Shown in pieces: positions 1-9,754 of a stretch of DNA of 64,000 bases. A program made the position numbers and the translations under genes. Under the pieces are notes generated by a model that was not told the DNA's origin, did not search any database, and saw nothing but the letters and a program-made list of their open reading frames with translations. Each line of letters starts with the position of its first letter. Position 1 is the first letter of the stretch. Location of the stretch: the NCBI RefSeq assembly GCF_025526975.1, contig NW_026515672.1, forward strand, positions 992,001 to 1,056,000, given 5' to 3'. Source of the DNA: Fimicolochytrium jonesii. Lineage: Eukaryota.

Positions 1-2062
1 AGGATGTGGTCAGCACCCCGCGGGTTCCGTGCACGTCAAACCCTCCGAACGTCTCCGTCACCAGCTCAAAGTTCCTGATTCCAAACAACCGATTCGCGTA
101 GTTGCTCAACGTGTCCGTCACAGCCCCCTCGACGACCGTCAGGATCGTGCCCGAGGAATCCCTCAACCGCAGATGATCTCCCCGTCCGCCTTCCAGCCAC
201 GCAATCAGCCACGAGTCCTTCATCCCAAGATGAGCCGCGTTCGACATGTGGAACGTCCAGGTGGGTTGGGCATGGCGGTTGTCCGCACCGCCCGCACGAC
301 TCGCGACGGCGCTCGTGATGTGTGCGATGGTTACAATGTCAGGGAAGGGGTATCGCCATCGAGCCAGTTTACAGCTACTGTCGTGGTTGAGTAGAATGGC
401 GTGCAGATCCGTCTCGTAAGGGGCGTATCCAAAATGCTTGAGCAGTGGAATGGTCGTGAGTACATCCCACTTTCGGCGGCGCGACGACGACGCCGTGCTG
501 CTCTCCAACTCATTCAAGTAGTCTGTCAGGCCGCAAGCGATCGTGAGGTCGGGTATATTCAGCAACCTCATCGCCTCCATCGCTCGTTTGCGGTAGCTGT
601 TCGGAGACAAGCGGCATGGATCCCGTTCCGTCGAAAACGCCCGCACTTTCAACGTCGAGCAGGGACAAGCCACGAACGCTATTCGATGATGTTGGACGCT
701 GTCTTTGTCCGCCGGCCCGGGACGAGGGATAACAGCGTCGCAGGATATCATATGCACGTTGCGCATTTCGAGTTCTGCTCCTACGCGTAGCCCGCGGCCG
801 AGGCCGGGAAGATAGTGAAATGTGGAATAGAGATGATGCTGTCCGTCTATTTCGTAGATGCCTAGGAGTAGATCCAAAATTTTCGTGATTTTTCCTGTAT
901 ATGAGAGGTAGTATGACGGTCTATGGGTGACGAGCGAGGTGGGCCCAGATTCAGTTTGCCCTATGGGTGATGGCACCGACTCTGATCCCTCTTGTCTGAC
1001 AGCATTGTTAAGGCTCGGAAACGACGGCAACTGCGGTATTTGTGCTTGTTCATAGCCATCCAGACAAAACATTTTCGACGTCTTCAGAGAGAAGACGAGC
1101 AATCTCCGTTTCTCACATGTTCCGTTTGAAAGCGGTATCTTGACCTGAGTGGTTCTGACATCCACCAAGATATAGGTGCTTCCGACGCATGTGCTTTCAT
1201 AGTACGGCAAGATGTCGTTCAGAGAGTCACTGGAGTCTCTGTACAGTACAAAAGCTGTGATGATGGTGTCTGACGATTCTCTGCTGGTGTTGGAGGGCTC
1301 GAATCGAAGAGAGCATTGGATTTCCACGAAATAGCATGTCTGCCCTCGGGGGAATGTCAGCATGCTCTTCCCTCGAACCCTCCCACATACTGTGATGATT
1401 TTGGCGGCGCTCAGATCGTTGTTGATGATCTGCATGCTTGATGACCTTCTAGGGCTTGCAAAGTCGGAAGGAAAGCAGACTGGCGGGCGCTTCGACAAGA
1501 TGTCGGATATAGCTCTATGGTCCTTTGCTGCCACCCGGCTGTTTTCCCATTCCTGCTCGACATCGCATTCCCATTTGGAGAATTGATAGCTCCAATGGGT
1601 TTCCAAAAAGTGGCCGTCAGCTAGCACGAGAGGTACATCCAAGACTTCCAAATAATGATAAGCCAAATCGCCTCCAATCCGTTGAGCGCTGGTGCCGGGC
1701 AGCGCCCACAACACGGGGACAAAGCTCCACCGCACGAGACAAACGAGCTGCCCAAGCCAGCTCATCTGAAAGTTCGAGAACTCGCATGGCACTGCTCCAG
1801 TGCTATCAGAGAAGCATATTGCGGCGGACACTTTTGACAGGTTTGAGGTTGGGTGGTCCTTCTCTGCCTCGCGTTTCGTCACGAACTTGCCGACCAATAA
1901 GCCTTTTGTTGTGGATCCCTCGCTAACGGGAACTGTGCCTGCTATATGAGAGACGTCGGCCGTTGCATCTGACAAGACGGTATCCTGAGCCGTGAGCCGG
2001 AGCTCTGCGATTCGTCGGATTCGGTACTGGGAGACGGAGTGTTCTCCTGCAGTATTGGACAT
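1..2062 (-). CDS. CTC1: CST complex subunit CTC1-like OB-fold telomere protein (5' part; continues past the window's left edge)
   Basis: Minus frame from ATG 2062 appears open to position 1 (translated in parts; the track lists no stop-terminated ORF there). It contains ICFSDSTGAVPCEFSNFQMSWLGQLVCLVRWSFVP, SYTGKITKILDLLLGIYEIDG...GRGLRVGAELEMRNVH...FVACPCS and LRLRDSSGTILTVV. These resemble recalled animal CTC1 blocks ([70 protein letters not shown]) in the same order. Confidence 0.85.
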   Translation of the reverse strand, partial: MSNTAGEHSVSQYRIRRIAELRLTAQDTVLSDATADVSHIAGTVPVSEGSTTKGLLVGKFVTKREAEKDHPTSNLSKVSAAICFSDSTGAVPCEFSNFQMSWLGQLVCLVRWSFVPVLWALPGTSAQRIGGDLAYHYLEVLDVPLVLADGHFLETHWSYQFSKWECDVEQEWENSRVAAKDHRAISDILSKRPPVCFPSDFASPRRSSSMQIINNDLSAAKIITVCGRVRGKSMLTFPRGQTCYFVEIQCSLRFEPSNTSRESSDTIITAFVLYRDSSDSLNDILPYYESTCVGSTYILVDVRTTQVKIPLSNGTCEKRRLLVFSLKTSKMFCLDGYEQAQIPQLPSFPSLNNAVRQEGSESVPSPIGQTESGPTSLVTHRPSYYLSYTGKITKILDLLLGIYEIDGQHHLYSTFHYLPGLGRGLRVGAELEMRNVHMISCDAVIPRPGPADKDSVQHHRIAFVACPCSTLKVRAFSTERDPCRLSPNSYRKRAMEAMRLLNIPDLTIACGLTDYLNELESSTASSSRRRKWDVLTTIPLLKHFGYAPYETDLHAILLNHDSSCKLARWRYPFPDIVTIAHITSAVASRAGGADNRHAQPTWTFHMSNAAHLGMKDSWLIAWLEGGRGDHLRLRDSSGTILTVVEGAVTDTLSNYANRLFGIRNFELVTETFGGFDVHGTRGVLTTS

Positions 2063-2251
2063 TCCGTCATCTTGTGTGGACGGCAGGCGTTGTGACGACC
2101 GCAGGTTGGAACACTGGAAGGAGGAAGCCGGAGCGAACGGGAGTTCTGTCGTCCGTAACGCTCTTCACGCCACGAGAACGGAGGTGTTGATTGGAAGAAC
2201 CCCTTGGGTGTTGTGTCCGACATGTCCGAACTGATTACGTGATTCGTCGCC

Positions 2252-2269
2252 TTAGGGTTAGGGTTAGGG
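2252..2269 (+). promoter_or_regulatory. (TTAGGG)3 interstitial telomeric repeat in the divergent CTC1 / RBR-ligase promoter
   Basis: ttagggttagggttaggg read directly; regulatory role is inferred. Confidence 0.6.
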
Positions 2270-2592
2270 GGAGGTCTTGCTATGGCCGTCGTCTTCTTGA
2301 GACCAGCATTCGCCAACGAAGAAGGGAAACACGCGCTTGGACAATGGATCTGTCTGCCCCGGCGTGACGTGAGCGCCAACGGTGACTCACCCGAATTCAA
2401 ATCCTTCCCTCGCCCTCTCTCTTTCCCACAACCATCTTCGCACCAACCGCTGCCACCGCCTCCACCCACTGCAAAACCCCCACCAACCGTCATATATACT
2501 GTATGCATATAGAAGCATAGCCGGGAACCCCAAAGTAACTGTTTCCTCACGATCACTACGACCACCTTCGATATAGACTCCTACTCGCCGAA

Positions 2593-4314
2593 ATGGCCGC
2601 CGCGTCGGAAAATGCTGGGCTGTCGCAAGACGAGCTGGACGAAAACTACGAACGACAGAAGGAAGAGCTTACTGCACTCGAGGTTAGCATGCGAGACTCT
2701 TTAGATCGCTTGTATTATCCTAACTTGCTTCAGGCGACTTGCAAACGATCGGGTCATTTCTAATGCTATTGTCTCACTCGCGACGTTTAGGCAATTTACG
2801 CCGACGATTTCACACTCCAGGATACATCACCTGGCAAGGTCGAAGGAACGATACAGGCGCGGGTCGAGCTGGATGGGGATACCAGCATAATAGTGCACGG
2901 GTTTACCGGAGATGCCTCGTCAGAAACACTTAAGCCGGTCTCGGAAGATGAGGACTCCCCCACCGTCACAGTGGACGTCCGTTTCCTGCCACCCATCGCA
3001 CTTCACTTCACGCATCCGCTAACGTACCCATCCCACTCGCCACCCACCTTCGAGCTCGAATGCCGATGGATAACCGCCGAACAACGCCAAATACTCACCG
3101 ACGCACTTTCCCGGATATGGGAAGAGGAACGGGATGTCTGTCTGTACAGTTTCGTAGAATACCTGATCAGAGACGGTTTACACGCTTCAGGCGTTTTCCG
3201 GCCCGGACACGACGCAATACACATCTCCTGCCCCTCAGGCAGTCTGCGACCCTCCGAGCTAGCGGATTGGATAGTCGATCAGGACCATAAACGATCCCAG
3301 TGGGAATTTGAACAATCTTCGTTTGACTGCGGGGTTTGTTTGTCGACGAAACCGGGAAAAGACTGTTTTAGATTCACACGGGGGTGTAAACATGTGTTCT
3401 GTAGAGAGTGTCTGCTAGACTACTTCTCGATGCTGATAAAGGAGGGCACGGCTCTGTTGGTGGGGTGTCCGCAACCGGCGTGCGTCAAGAAGCGGAAGCA
3501 AGCAGACGAGCCACATCGGATCGAAGGAGGAGGAGATGCACCCGACCCATCGGTCACGTCGCCGACATCTCTCCCGACACCACCACCACCAAACCCGACC
3601 TACCCCACCCCTCAAGTCTCCCTCCCCGACCTCCAATCCCTCCTCCCCCCCACCCTCTACACCCGCTACACAACCCTCCTCGAATCGCACACCCTCTCCC
3701 TCCGCCGCGACGTCACGAACTGCCCCCGCCCAACCTGCCAACACCCCGTCATCCGCGACCCACACTCGGAAAAACTCTGCATATGCACCCAATGCCGATT
3801 CGCCTTCTGTTTCTACTGCAACCGATGCTGGCACGGCGCGGCGCAGTTCTGCATGCCGAACCATATCGAGGTCCTCGTCTCGCAGTACACATTGGCTCTG
3901 GAGTCCAACAACACCAACAAGATCCGAGAACTCGAAGTCCGCTACGGCCGCAAGACGCTAGAACGACTCACGCGGGAGTGGCTCGCGGAAGCCGAAACGC
4001 GGAGATGGAAGGAAGAGTTCACGCAATCGTGCCCGAACTGCTCGCTGGCCGTGGAGAAATCCGAGGGGTGCAACCACATGACGTGTAACATCTGCCGCAC
4101 GCATTTCTGCTACGTGTGTGGGGTCAAGTTGAACGCGTTCAACCCGTACGCGCATTTCAATGACCCGGCGTCGAGGTGTTTCCGGGCGCTGTTTGATCGC
4201 GCGGAAGGTGGGGCGGGGTTGGGGGAGTGGGAGCAGGATGCGGGGGAGGAGGAGGGGGAGTGGTTTCCCGAGGAGGTGGTGGTTAGGATGGCGTTGGAGG
4301 AGATGGGCGCGTGA
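2593..4314 (+). CDS. RWD + RBR (RING1-IBR-RING2) E3 ubiquitin ligase, RNF14/Itt1-like
   Basis: Exon 2593-2682, intron 2683-2790 (gttagc...tttag), exon 2791-4314. RWD start QKEELTALEAIYADDF and YPSHSPP; RING1 CGVC..CKHVFCREC..C; IBR CPRPTC..CTQCRFAFCFYCNRCWH; RING2 CPNC..EKSEGCNHMTC..C.THFCYVC. Confidence 0.93.
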
Positions 4315-4529
4315 AGGAAGATGCGGGGTTTGGATGCGATGTGGCATGTCAGACGGCGTTTGTGCAGGAACAGTATAGGTTTTGAGGTAGCTCACATTCT
4401 TATTTGTATATAGATCGGGGCGGGTTTGCCCCCAACATGTGTCAACAGAAGTATATCCTCGATCAACGGGGAAGCTATAAACTGGGACACTATTTTTCGT
4501 GAGATTTCTAGTGTAGTGGTGGGTAACGA

Positions 4530-4703
4530 TCGCAGTTCGAGAGAACGAAAGAGTGGGTTGGAAGACGCGAGGCAGGGTGGGGTCACGTGGTTTGTAATGG
4601 AGCAATTAGTCCGGACGGGATGGATAACTGCCTGATTGCTTCGGAGTTCTCTTTCCTTTCTTTGCATCTTTACGCATTTTCCCACGCCGTAGACATTCGA
4701 ACA
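4530..4703 (+). repeat. Split direct repeat A1 (174 bp)
   Basis: Identical to 9463-9636 (tcgcagttcgagagaacg...agacattcgaaca). Confidence 0.97.
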
Positions 4704-4778
4704 GCTTCGCTTTGGAGATTAGACAGCCGCATAGAGCAGATTATCCTAGACGTAGAGAGCCAGTACACCACAAATAGC

Positions 4779-6125
4779 ATGTCCAAGGTCGGCGACGATG
4801 CACAGGATTTTGAAGTACTCCCGGAAAGTTCCGCCCTTGCTATTAAGATTCGAGCCGCCGAGAAGCGCAAGCGTCAGGCCCTTGCCAAGACCGTTGAGAC
4901 CGATGATACTGGAAGCGAGATCGGAGGCGGAGCTAGCTCGCAGCAAGGCACTGAAGATCCCCCACTCCCAACTCCCATGCGAAAGAAGGCTCAGCCAAAG
5001 AGCAACCGTACCCTCACTGCTGTGCTCGCCGAAGCTGGGCAGCGCGGAGATATGGAAGAAGGAGATGGAGACGATCAAGAGGAGCGCGACGCTGAACGAG
5101 AAGAAGGTGGCGATCTCGAAGATGAAGGGAACGCTGCCCTGTCCAAGCTTCTCCGACACGGCCGTGGGAAACAAGCACTTAGTGGCGGAAGCGATGGTGA
5201 GAGTAGCTCCTCGGACGACGACAAAGATGCTGACCCCTTTGGATATGTCGCGCGAGCTGCCGGGCCGAGCAAGCGGCAACGTCGACCACCTACGCTGCTC
5301 GAACGTACGGCTGCAAAATACTTTGGAATCACACCGATTACGAGCGGATCAGGGGATTCTGCGCTCATTTGCGCCACTGACCCGAATGTACGGGACACAC
5401 TTGAACGGCGCGCCGACCACCTACTCAATCTACGCGAAATCCAGCTCAAGTATCAACAGAGCGCAGCTCCCCAAATCCCACAAGCGGTACTGGATGACGT
5501 TATCGGATTACGCTACGTCGACCTGGGAAAGATCCACCCTCAAGCCCGCATTGCTGCGTCTGATACTCGCCGCTTCGAGTTTCACGAGACAGCTGGGAGT
5601 GAACTCAAAATCTACTCCCGAGCCCAGCGAGAGATTAGTATCGACTGCAAAGAAAAATGGGATCAAGCTTACGACAACTACGTGCTCATTCATATGCACT
5701 TATACCCGGCGCGCGTTCAAGACCTTGAGGCTTATCGGCGGAGCATTACGTCCCTTACGACTGGATGGACCTTTCGCGAAATATATGAGTATGACAAGGC
5801 GCACAGGAAACACAAAGCAGACAACGTATTCGAGCGCATGCAAGATCACGTTCCGCTTATCGAGCGACAGTACCTTTACGCTAAGAATCGGAATGCTGCT
5901 GTTCACACTGGAGGTTTCGGAGGAAACGGGGGAGGCGCGCATCCTGCCCAGCCCTACCGATCACAGCAGATCTGCCGCGACTTCCAGGAGGGAGTATGCC
6001 ACACGAAGCGAAAAACGTGCCGGTACCAACATCGATGCGCCCAATGCAATTCGCGCGCGCACGGACAGAAGGCCTGCCCCGATAACAAGAACAAAGGAAC
6101 AGAAGGAGCCTCACGACGACAATGA
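4779..6125 (+). CDS. gag: Retrotransposon Gag-like protein with C-terminal CCCH + CCHC zinc fingers
   Basis: ATG 4779, 448 aa; C-terminal CRDFQEGVCHTKRKTCRYQH-RCAQCNSRAHGQKAC; first ORF after A1. Confidence 0.85.
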   Translation: MSKVGDDAQDFEVLPESSALAIKIRAAEKRKRQALAKTVETDDTGSEIGGGASSQQGTEDPPLPTPMRKKAQPKSNRTLTAVLAEAGQRGDMEEGDGDDQEERDAEREEGGDLEDEGNAALSKLLRHGRGKQALSGGSDGESSSSDDDKDADPFGYVARAAGPSKRQRRPPTLLERTAAKYFGITPITSGSGDSALICATDPNVRDTLERRADHLLNLREIQLKYQQSAAPQIPQAVLDDVIGLRYVDLGKIHPQARIAASDTRRFEFHETAGSELKIYSRAQREISIDCKEKWDQAYDNYVLIHMHLYPARVQDLEAYRRSITSLTTGWTFREIYEYDKAHRKHKADNVFERMQDHVPLIERQYLYAKNRNAAVHTGGFGGNGGGAHPAQPYRSQQICRDFQEGVCHTKRKTCRYQHRCAQCNSRAHGQKACPDNKNKGTEGASRRQ

Positions 6126-8022
6126 CCTGCGAACTCAACCGGTGACGGAGCCACGCCGCGATCCGCTCCAGCATAGCTATAAATATATCGCCAAAGAAAA
6201 CCAACTACGCGGAGTGGATATTCGGCCCCGGGAACTCAGGCACATCATACCGAACAAGAGAGTGCTACCAACTGCCGAATTATCGGAAACCAAACTACCT
6301 TTCCTCGAACCAAGCTTATCGCATCAAGAACATGAAGCCTCGCTCTATCTCTTACGGCACCAGCTATTCCACATCAAGACACCGATTAACATTGCGGGGC
6401 TCCAATACCTGTTACGAGCACATCCCAACCAGCCACTCGTTCAGGCTATTATACGCGGGTTTGCGACGGGTTTCCCTACCAATTACCACGGCGAACGGAC
6501 GCATATTGTACACCAGAATCATCGTAGCGCAGAAGTGTATGTCGATGCCGTACGCAAGAACTTGCTGGAAGAATTGGAGACTGGCCGCCGGATCCAAGTC
6601 GACCCCGAAGTACTGCGCAACGCACCGTATTACAACGTGAACCCCCTCGGCACGGTACCAAAGGACCCTCGCAACCCGGAAAACGGACGCCGCCGAATCG
6701 TGCATGATGCTTCATTCCCGGAGGGAAAATCTCTGAACGACGGGATCCATAATGAAGATTATGACGACGTACCACTTGACAAGATCGATGTACTCGTGCA
6801 GACCATCCTGGATATGAAACGCAAATACCCCGCACAGAACGCACTCGCCGGATGGGTGGTCGATACCGTCGCCGCTTACCGACAGCAACCTACGCGCCCA
6901 GCTGATCAACTCATGCAAGGCATCGCATTCGAAGACGTTTTTTATCTCGACTTCATGACCCAGTTCGGTATACGATCATCAGGATACCACTGCTGCGTGA
7001 TAGGCGACGTGATATGCTGGGCCCTCGTGCAGGAAGGCATACCGAATGCGACCCATTATGTCGATAACTTCGTGGGGATCACACCGGCTGCCGCGCTAGG
7101 CAGAATCCTGGCGCAGGTCCACCGCGTATTCGCCTTGGTGAAGCTCCCGGTCAAGGTGTTAGCGAAAGGATGGATGTTCAAGACTCACGGCTTCGATTTC
7201 GATCTCCGGTCCTGCACGATTGCGGTACCCGCTGATAAAAAACAGTACATACTCGAACTGCTCGCCGCCATCATCGGAAAACCCACTTGCCCTGCTAAGG
7301 AATACACGAAATTGATCGGTAATTTGGCATGGATTTCCCAAGTCTTACCCACATCCCGGACATACTTAGGCAAACTGTGGCGATACGGGGCAGTATTGGA
7401 GCGCCTCCAGCTCAATACCGCCCAACTTTCGAACGACATGCAAAAGGATCTCCGGTGGTGGTCTTATACGCTCCTCCACTGGGCGGGAGTCTCCCTGATC
7501 ATCGAGCAGCAGTGGGAATCGCAGGCGCTACTCCGCGCGGCATCCGACGCATCACCACAAGGTTACGGATTCCAGTCTACAACGCACTACTCTTATGCCG
7601 CTTGGTGTCCGGAATGCATACAGCGATTGCACTCCACGCAACTAGAGATGCTCGCCCTCGCCATCGGGCTCACGACTTTCGGGCCACATTTTACACGACG
7701 CAAAATCCTCTGGTTCACCGATAACGAGGCGGACGTGCACAACTTCAGCTCCGGGTATAATGCAGATACCATAGTCGACGACGCCATTCGCCACATACGC
7801 ACGCTCGCGATCCAGAACCAGTTCGATATTCGACTAGCACACGTACGCCGGGCCGAAGTTTTTGGATGCGACCTACTCTCCAAACAACGCGTCAAGGAGT
7901 TTCAGGCGCTATACCCGACCCTGACATACCGTCGATCCACACTACCCCCCACTATGACCTGGACGCAGGACAAGCCGCCACTTGTCGCGATACGCGCCCT
8001 CCACCATCATGAGAAATATTGA
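4798..8022 (+). CDS. pol: Pol: reverse transcriptase + RNase H (recognisable domains from ~6370)
   Basis: RT motifs NPLGTVPK, RIVHDASFP..SLNDGI, VDTVAAYRQ, QFGIRSSG, HYVDNF, THGFDFD. RNase H acidic residues in ASDAS, QLEMLA, FTDNE, CDLLSK. True start uncertain. Confidence 0.92.
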   Translation: MHRILKYSRKVPPLLLRFEPPRSASVRPLPRPLRPMILEARSEAELARSKALKIPHSQLPCERRLSQRATVPSLLCSPKLGSAEIWKKEMETIKRSATLNEKKVAISKMKGTLPCPSFSDTAVGNKHLVAEAMVRVAPRTTTKMLTPLDMSRELPGRASGNVDHLRCSNVRLQNTLESHRLRADQGILRSFAPLTRMYGTHLNGAPTTYSIYAKSSSSINRAQLPKSHKRYWMTLSDYATSTWERSTLKPALLRLILAASSFTRQLGVNSKSTPEPSERLVSTAKKNGIKLTTTTCSFICTYTRRAFKTLRLIGGALRPLRLDGPFAKYMSMTRRTGNTKQTTYSSACKITFRLSSDSTFTLRIGMLLFTLEVSEETGEARILPSPTDHSRSAATSRREYATRSEKRAGTNIDAPNAIRARTDRRPAPITRTKEQKEPHDDNDLRTQPVTEPRRDPLQHSYKYIAKENQLRGVDIRPRELRHIIPNKRVLPTAELSETKLPFLEPSLSHQEHEASLYLLRHQLFHIKTPINIAGLQYLLRAHPNQPLVQAIIRGFATGFPTNYHGERTHIVHQNHRSAEVYVDAVRKNLLEELETGRRIQVDPEVLRNAPYYNVNPLGTVPKDPRNPENGRRRIVHDASFPEGKSLNDGIHNEDYDDVPLDKIDVLVQTILDMKRKYPAQNALAGWVVDTVAAYRQQPTRPADQLMQGIAFEDVFYLDFMTQFGIRSSGYHCCVIGDVICWALVQEGIPNATHYVDNFVGITPAAALGRILAQVHRVFALVKLPVKVLAKGWMFKTHGFDFDLRSCTIAVPADKKQYILELLAAIIGKPTCPAKEYTKLIGNLAWISQVLPTSRTYLGKLWRYGAVLERLQLNTAQLSNDMQKDLRWWSYTLLHWAGVSLIIEQQWESQALLRAASDASPQGYGFQSTTHYSYAAWCPECIQRLHSTQLEMLALAIGLTTFGPHFTRRKILWFTDNEADVHNFSSGYNADTIVDDAIRHIRTLAIQNQFDIRLAHVRRAEVFGCDLLSKQRVKEFQALYPTLTYRRSTLPPTMTWTQDKPPLVAIRALHHHEKY

Positions 8023-8959
8023 AGAACGCAACGAGACCTACACCGGTGTAGCCGCCGCGTATACTACGTTAGCCTTAACGCATGGTTGGCGGAATCATGA
8101 CGGCAGCGTGTTACCGATAAGCGAAGCGAATTTCGAGAACTACCTGACATACCAGATCGGGAGGATCCTCGACGGCAAGATCGTTTTACAAACGCTTCGC
8201 GGCTATCTCTCGGCGCTTAAGGATCTCCACAACGCGGCGGGCATCCCTTTCGATTACATGTACAAAAATGAAATTACTAAAGCACGATTTTCACGCTTAA
8301 AAACAAAACTACGAAACAACAACATTTCTCAAGCTACTTCACAAAAACCAGAGGTCGAGCTCAAACACTTACGGAAACTACACATCATCGAAGATCACGA
8401 CCTACTCGTCCTGCGGACAATCGCCTTCGTCGCTTTCTGGGGGCTGGGTCGTTTACGCGAGGTTATAGCGGATCCCAAGAATGCGCGGCGTGACGGGATT
8501 ATCAGGCTTTCAGATGTATCCCAAGTGGAGGTGGAAGGGGTTCGAGGATGTTGGATCCGCATCCCAAAACCCAAAACGCTCACTGATTCCCATCAACATC
8601 TTGTACTGGCGCCACAGGACGAAAAACGCGTTTGCCCGCTTGAGGCGATGGAAGCTCTATTACGTTGGCATCGGAAGCGCCAGTCGACGCCGGAAACCCC
8701 CTTGTGGACGCTGGAGTCGGGAAAAATCGCGAGCAGGACCTATTTCGAAACCCTGTTCCTGCAGATAACAGGTTTAACCGCCGGCGCATCGAGCTTCCGA
8801 GCCGGGGGGGCCACGCTATTGGCGCTGCGAGGACATACATCGCTGGATTTGCAACTTCTCGGGAGGTGGGAGTCCGAAGCATGGCGGAGATATGTTCGGA
8901 GCCACCCAGCGCTATTATTGGCCATTCTGATACGCAACCCGAGACAACAACCCCGGTGA
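8009..8959 (+). CDS. Tyrosine recombinase of the retroelement
   Basis: TLRGYLSALKDLH (SAM-like N-domain), AFWGLGRLREV (Arg I), PKT (Lys), CPLEAM, SSFRAGGAT (Arg II), GRWESEAWRRYVR (Trp, catalytic Tyr); overlaps the pol end. Confidence 0.93.
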   Translation: MRNIEERNETYTGVAAAYTTLALTHGWRNHDGSVLPISEANFENYLTYQIGRILDGKIVLQTLRGYLSALKDLHNAAGIPFDYMYKNEITKARFSRLKTKLRNNNISQATSQKPEVELKHLRKLHIIEDHDLLVLRTIAFVAFWGLGRLREVIADPKNARRDGIIRLSDVSQVEVEGVRGCWIRIPKPKTLTDSHQHLVLAPQDEKRVCPLEAMEALLRWHRKRQSTPETPLWTLESGKIASRTYFETLFLQITGLTAGASSFRAGGATLLALRGHTSLDLQLLGRWESEAWRRYVRSHPALLLAILIRNPRQQPR

Positions 8960-9159
8960 GGACGAAGATGGTGTAAATTCCCATATGCGTCTGTGCTAGC
9001 CACTTTCTGTTTTTTTTTCTTTTTCCTTCCCCCCTTTTTGTAGATAGATACCTTTCGCTTTTTACACGTTGTATTTCTTTCTCTCGCAATATACGCTGCA
9101 TGCCCGCCGCACTCATAGCTCAACTGGATAAGGAAACGCAATGGCGCTTGCCACAAAAT

Positions 9160-9310
9160 AACGCGCTCGCTGCACTCTCGCTCGCTCACGGTGGGGATCG
9201 CTGGACAAATGCTCGCTGCACTTTGACGCTCGCTGCATACACGCTCGCCACACTTTGACGCTCGCTGCATACACGGTCGCCGCACCCCCGCACGCTGCAC
9301 TGCACGACAC
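9160..9310 (+). repeat. Imperfect tandem cgctcgctgca(c/t) repeats in the retroelement 3' region
   Basis: Several cgctcgctgca motifs, including two copies of ctttgacgctcgctgcatacacg. Confidence 0.75.
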
Positions 9311-9384
9311 TGATTGCTTGCTGCACCGCTACGACACGGGATGAAGGCAGAGGAGGCGTCGCATCGTGGTAGTAACCACGTTGG

Positions 9385-9754
9385 GCTGTTGATGCACGCC
9401 AATATACTGCCTACACATCCACGTCGTCGTTAGTAGGGAAGGGCGCCGAGCACAGGAAACCCTCGCAGTTCGAGAGAACGAAAGAGTGGGTTGGAAGACG
9501 CGAGGCAGGGTGGGGTCACGTGGTTTGTAATGGAGCAATTAGTCCGGACGGGATGGATAACTGCCTGATTGCTTCGGAGTTCTCTTTCCTTTCTTTGCAT
9601 CTTTACGCATTTTCCCACGCCGTAGACATTCGAACACCACTCCCTCCCACCCCTTGTGTTCTTATGTACTATTAGTGCTGTTGATGCACGCCAATATACT
9701 GCCTACACATCCACGTCGTCGTTAGTAGGGAAGGGCGCCGAGCACAGGAAACCC
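9385..9754 (+). repeat. 3' split-repeat block B1-A2-B2
   Basis: B1 9385-9462 = B2 9677-9754 (gctgttgatgcacgcc...caggaaaccc); A2 directly abuts B1. Confidence 0.96.

Larger units (their letters stand above)
4530..9754 (+). mobile_element. Complete Ngaro-type (DIRS order) tyrosine-recombinase retrotransposon with split direct repeats
   Basis: A1(4530-4703)-gag-RT/RNaseH-YR-B1(9385-9462)-A2(9463-9636)-40 bp-B2(9677-9754). A1=A2 (174 bp) and B1=B2 (78 bp) by eye; all three ORFs are intact. Confidence 0.95.

Noticed and set aside
29..1926. Plus-strand ORFs at the window start
   Set aside because: Antisense to the CTC1-like frame; no recognisable motifs.
4530..4703. Conventional LTR or hammerhead ribozyme in repeat A
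   Set aside because: No TG...CA ends or DDE integrase; no CTGATGA/GAAA hammerhead core seen.
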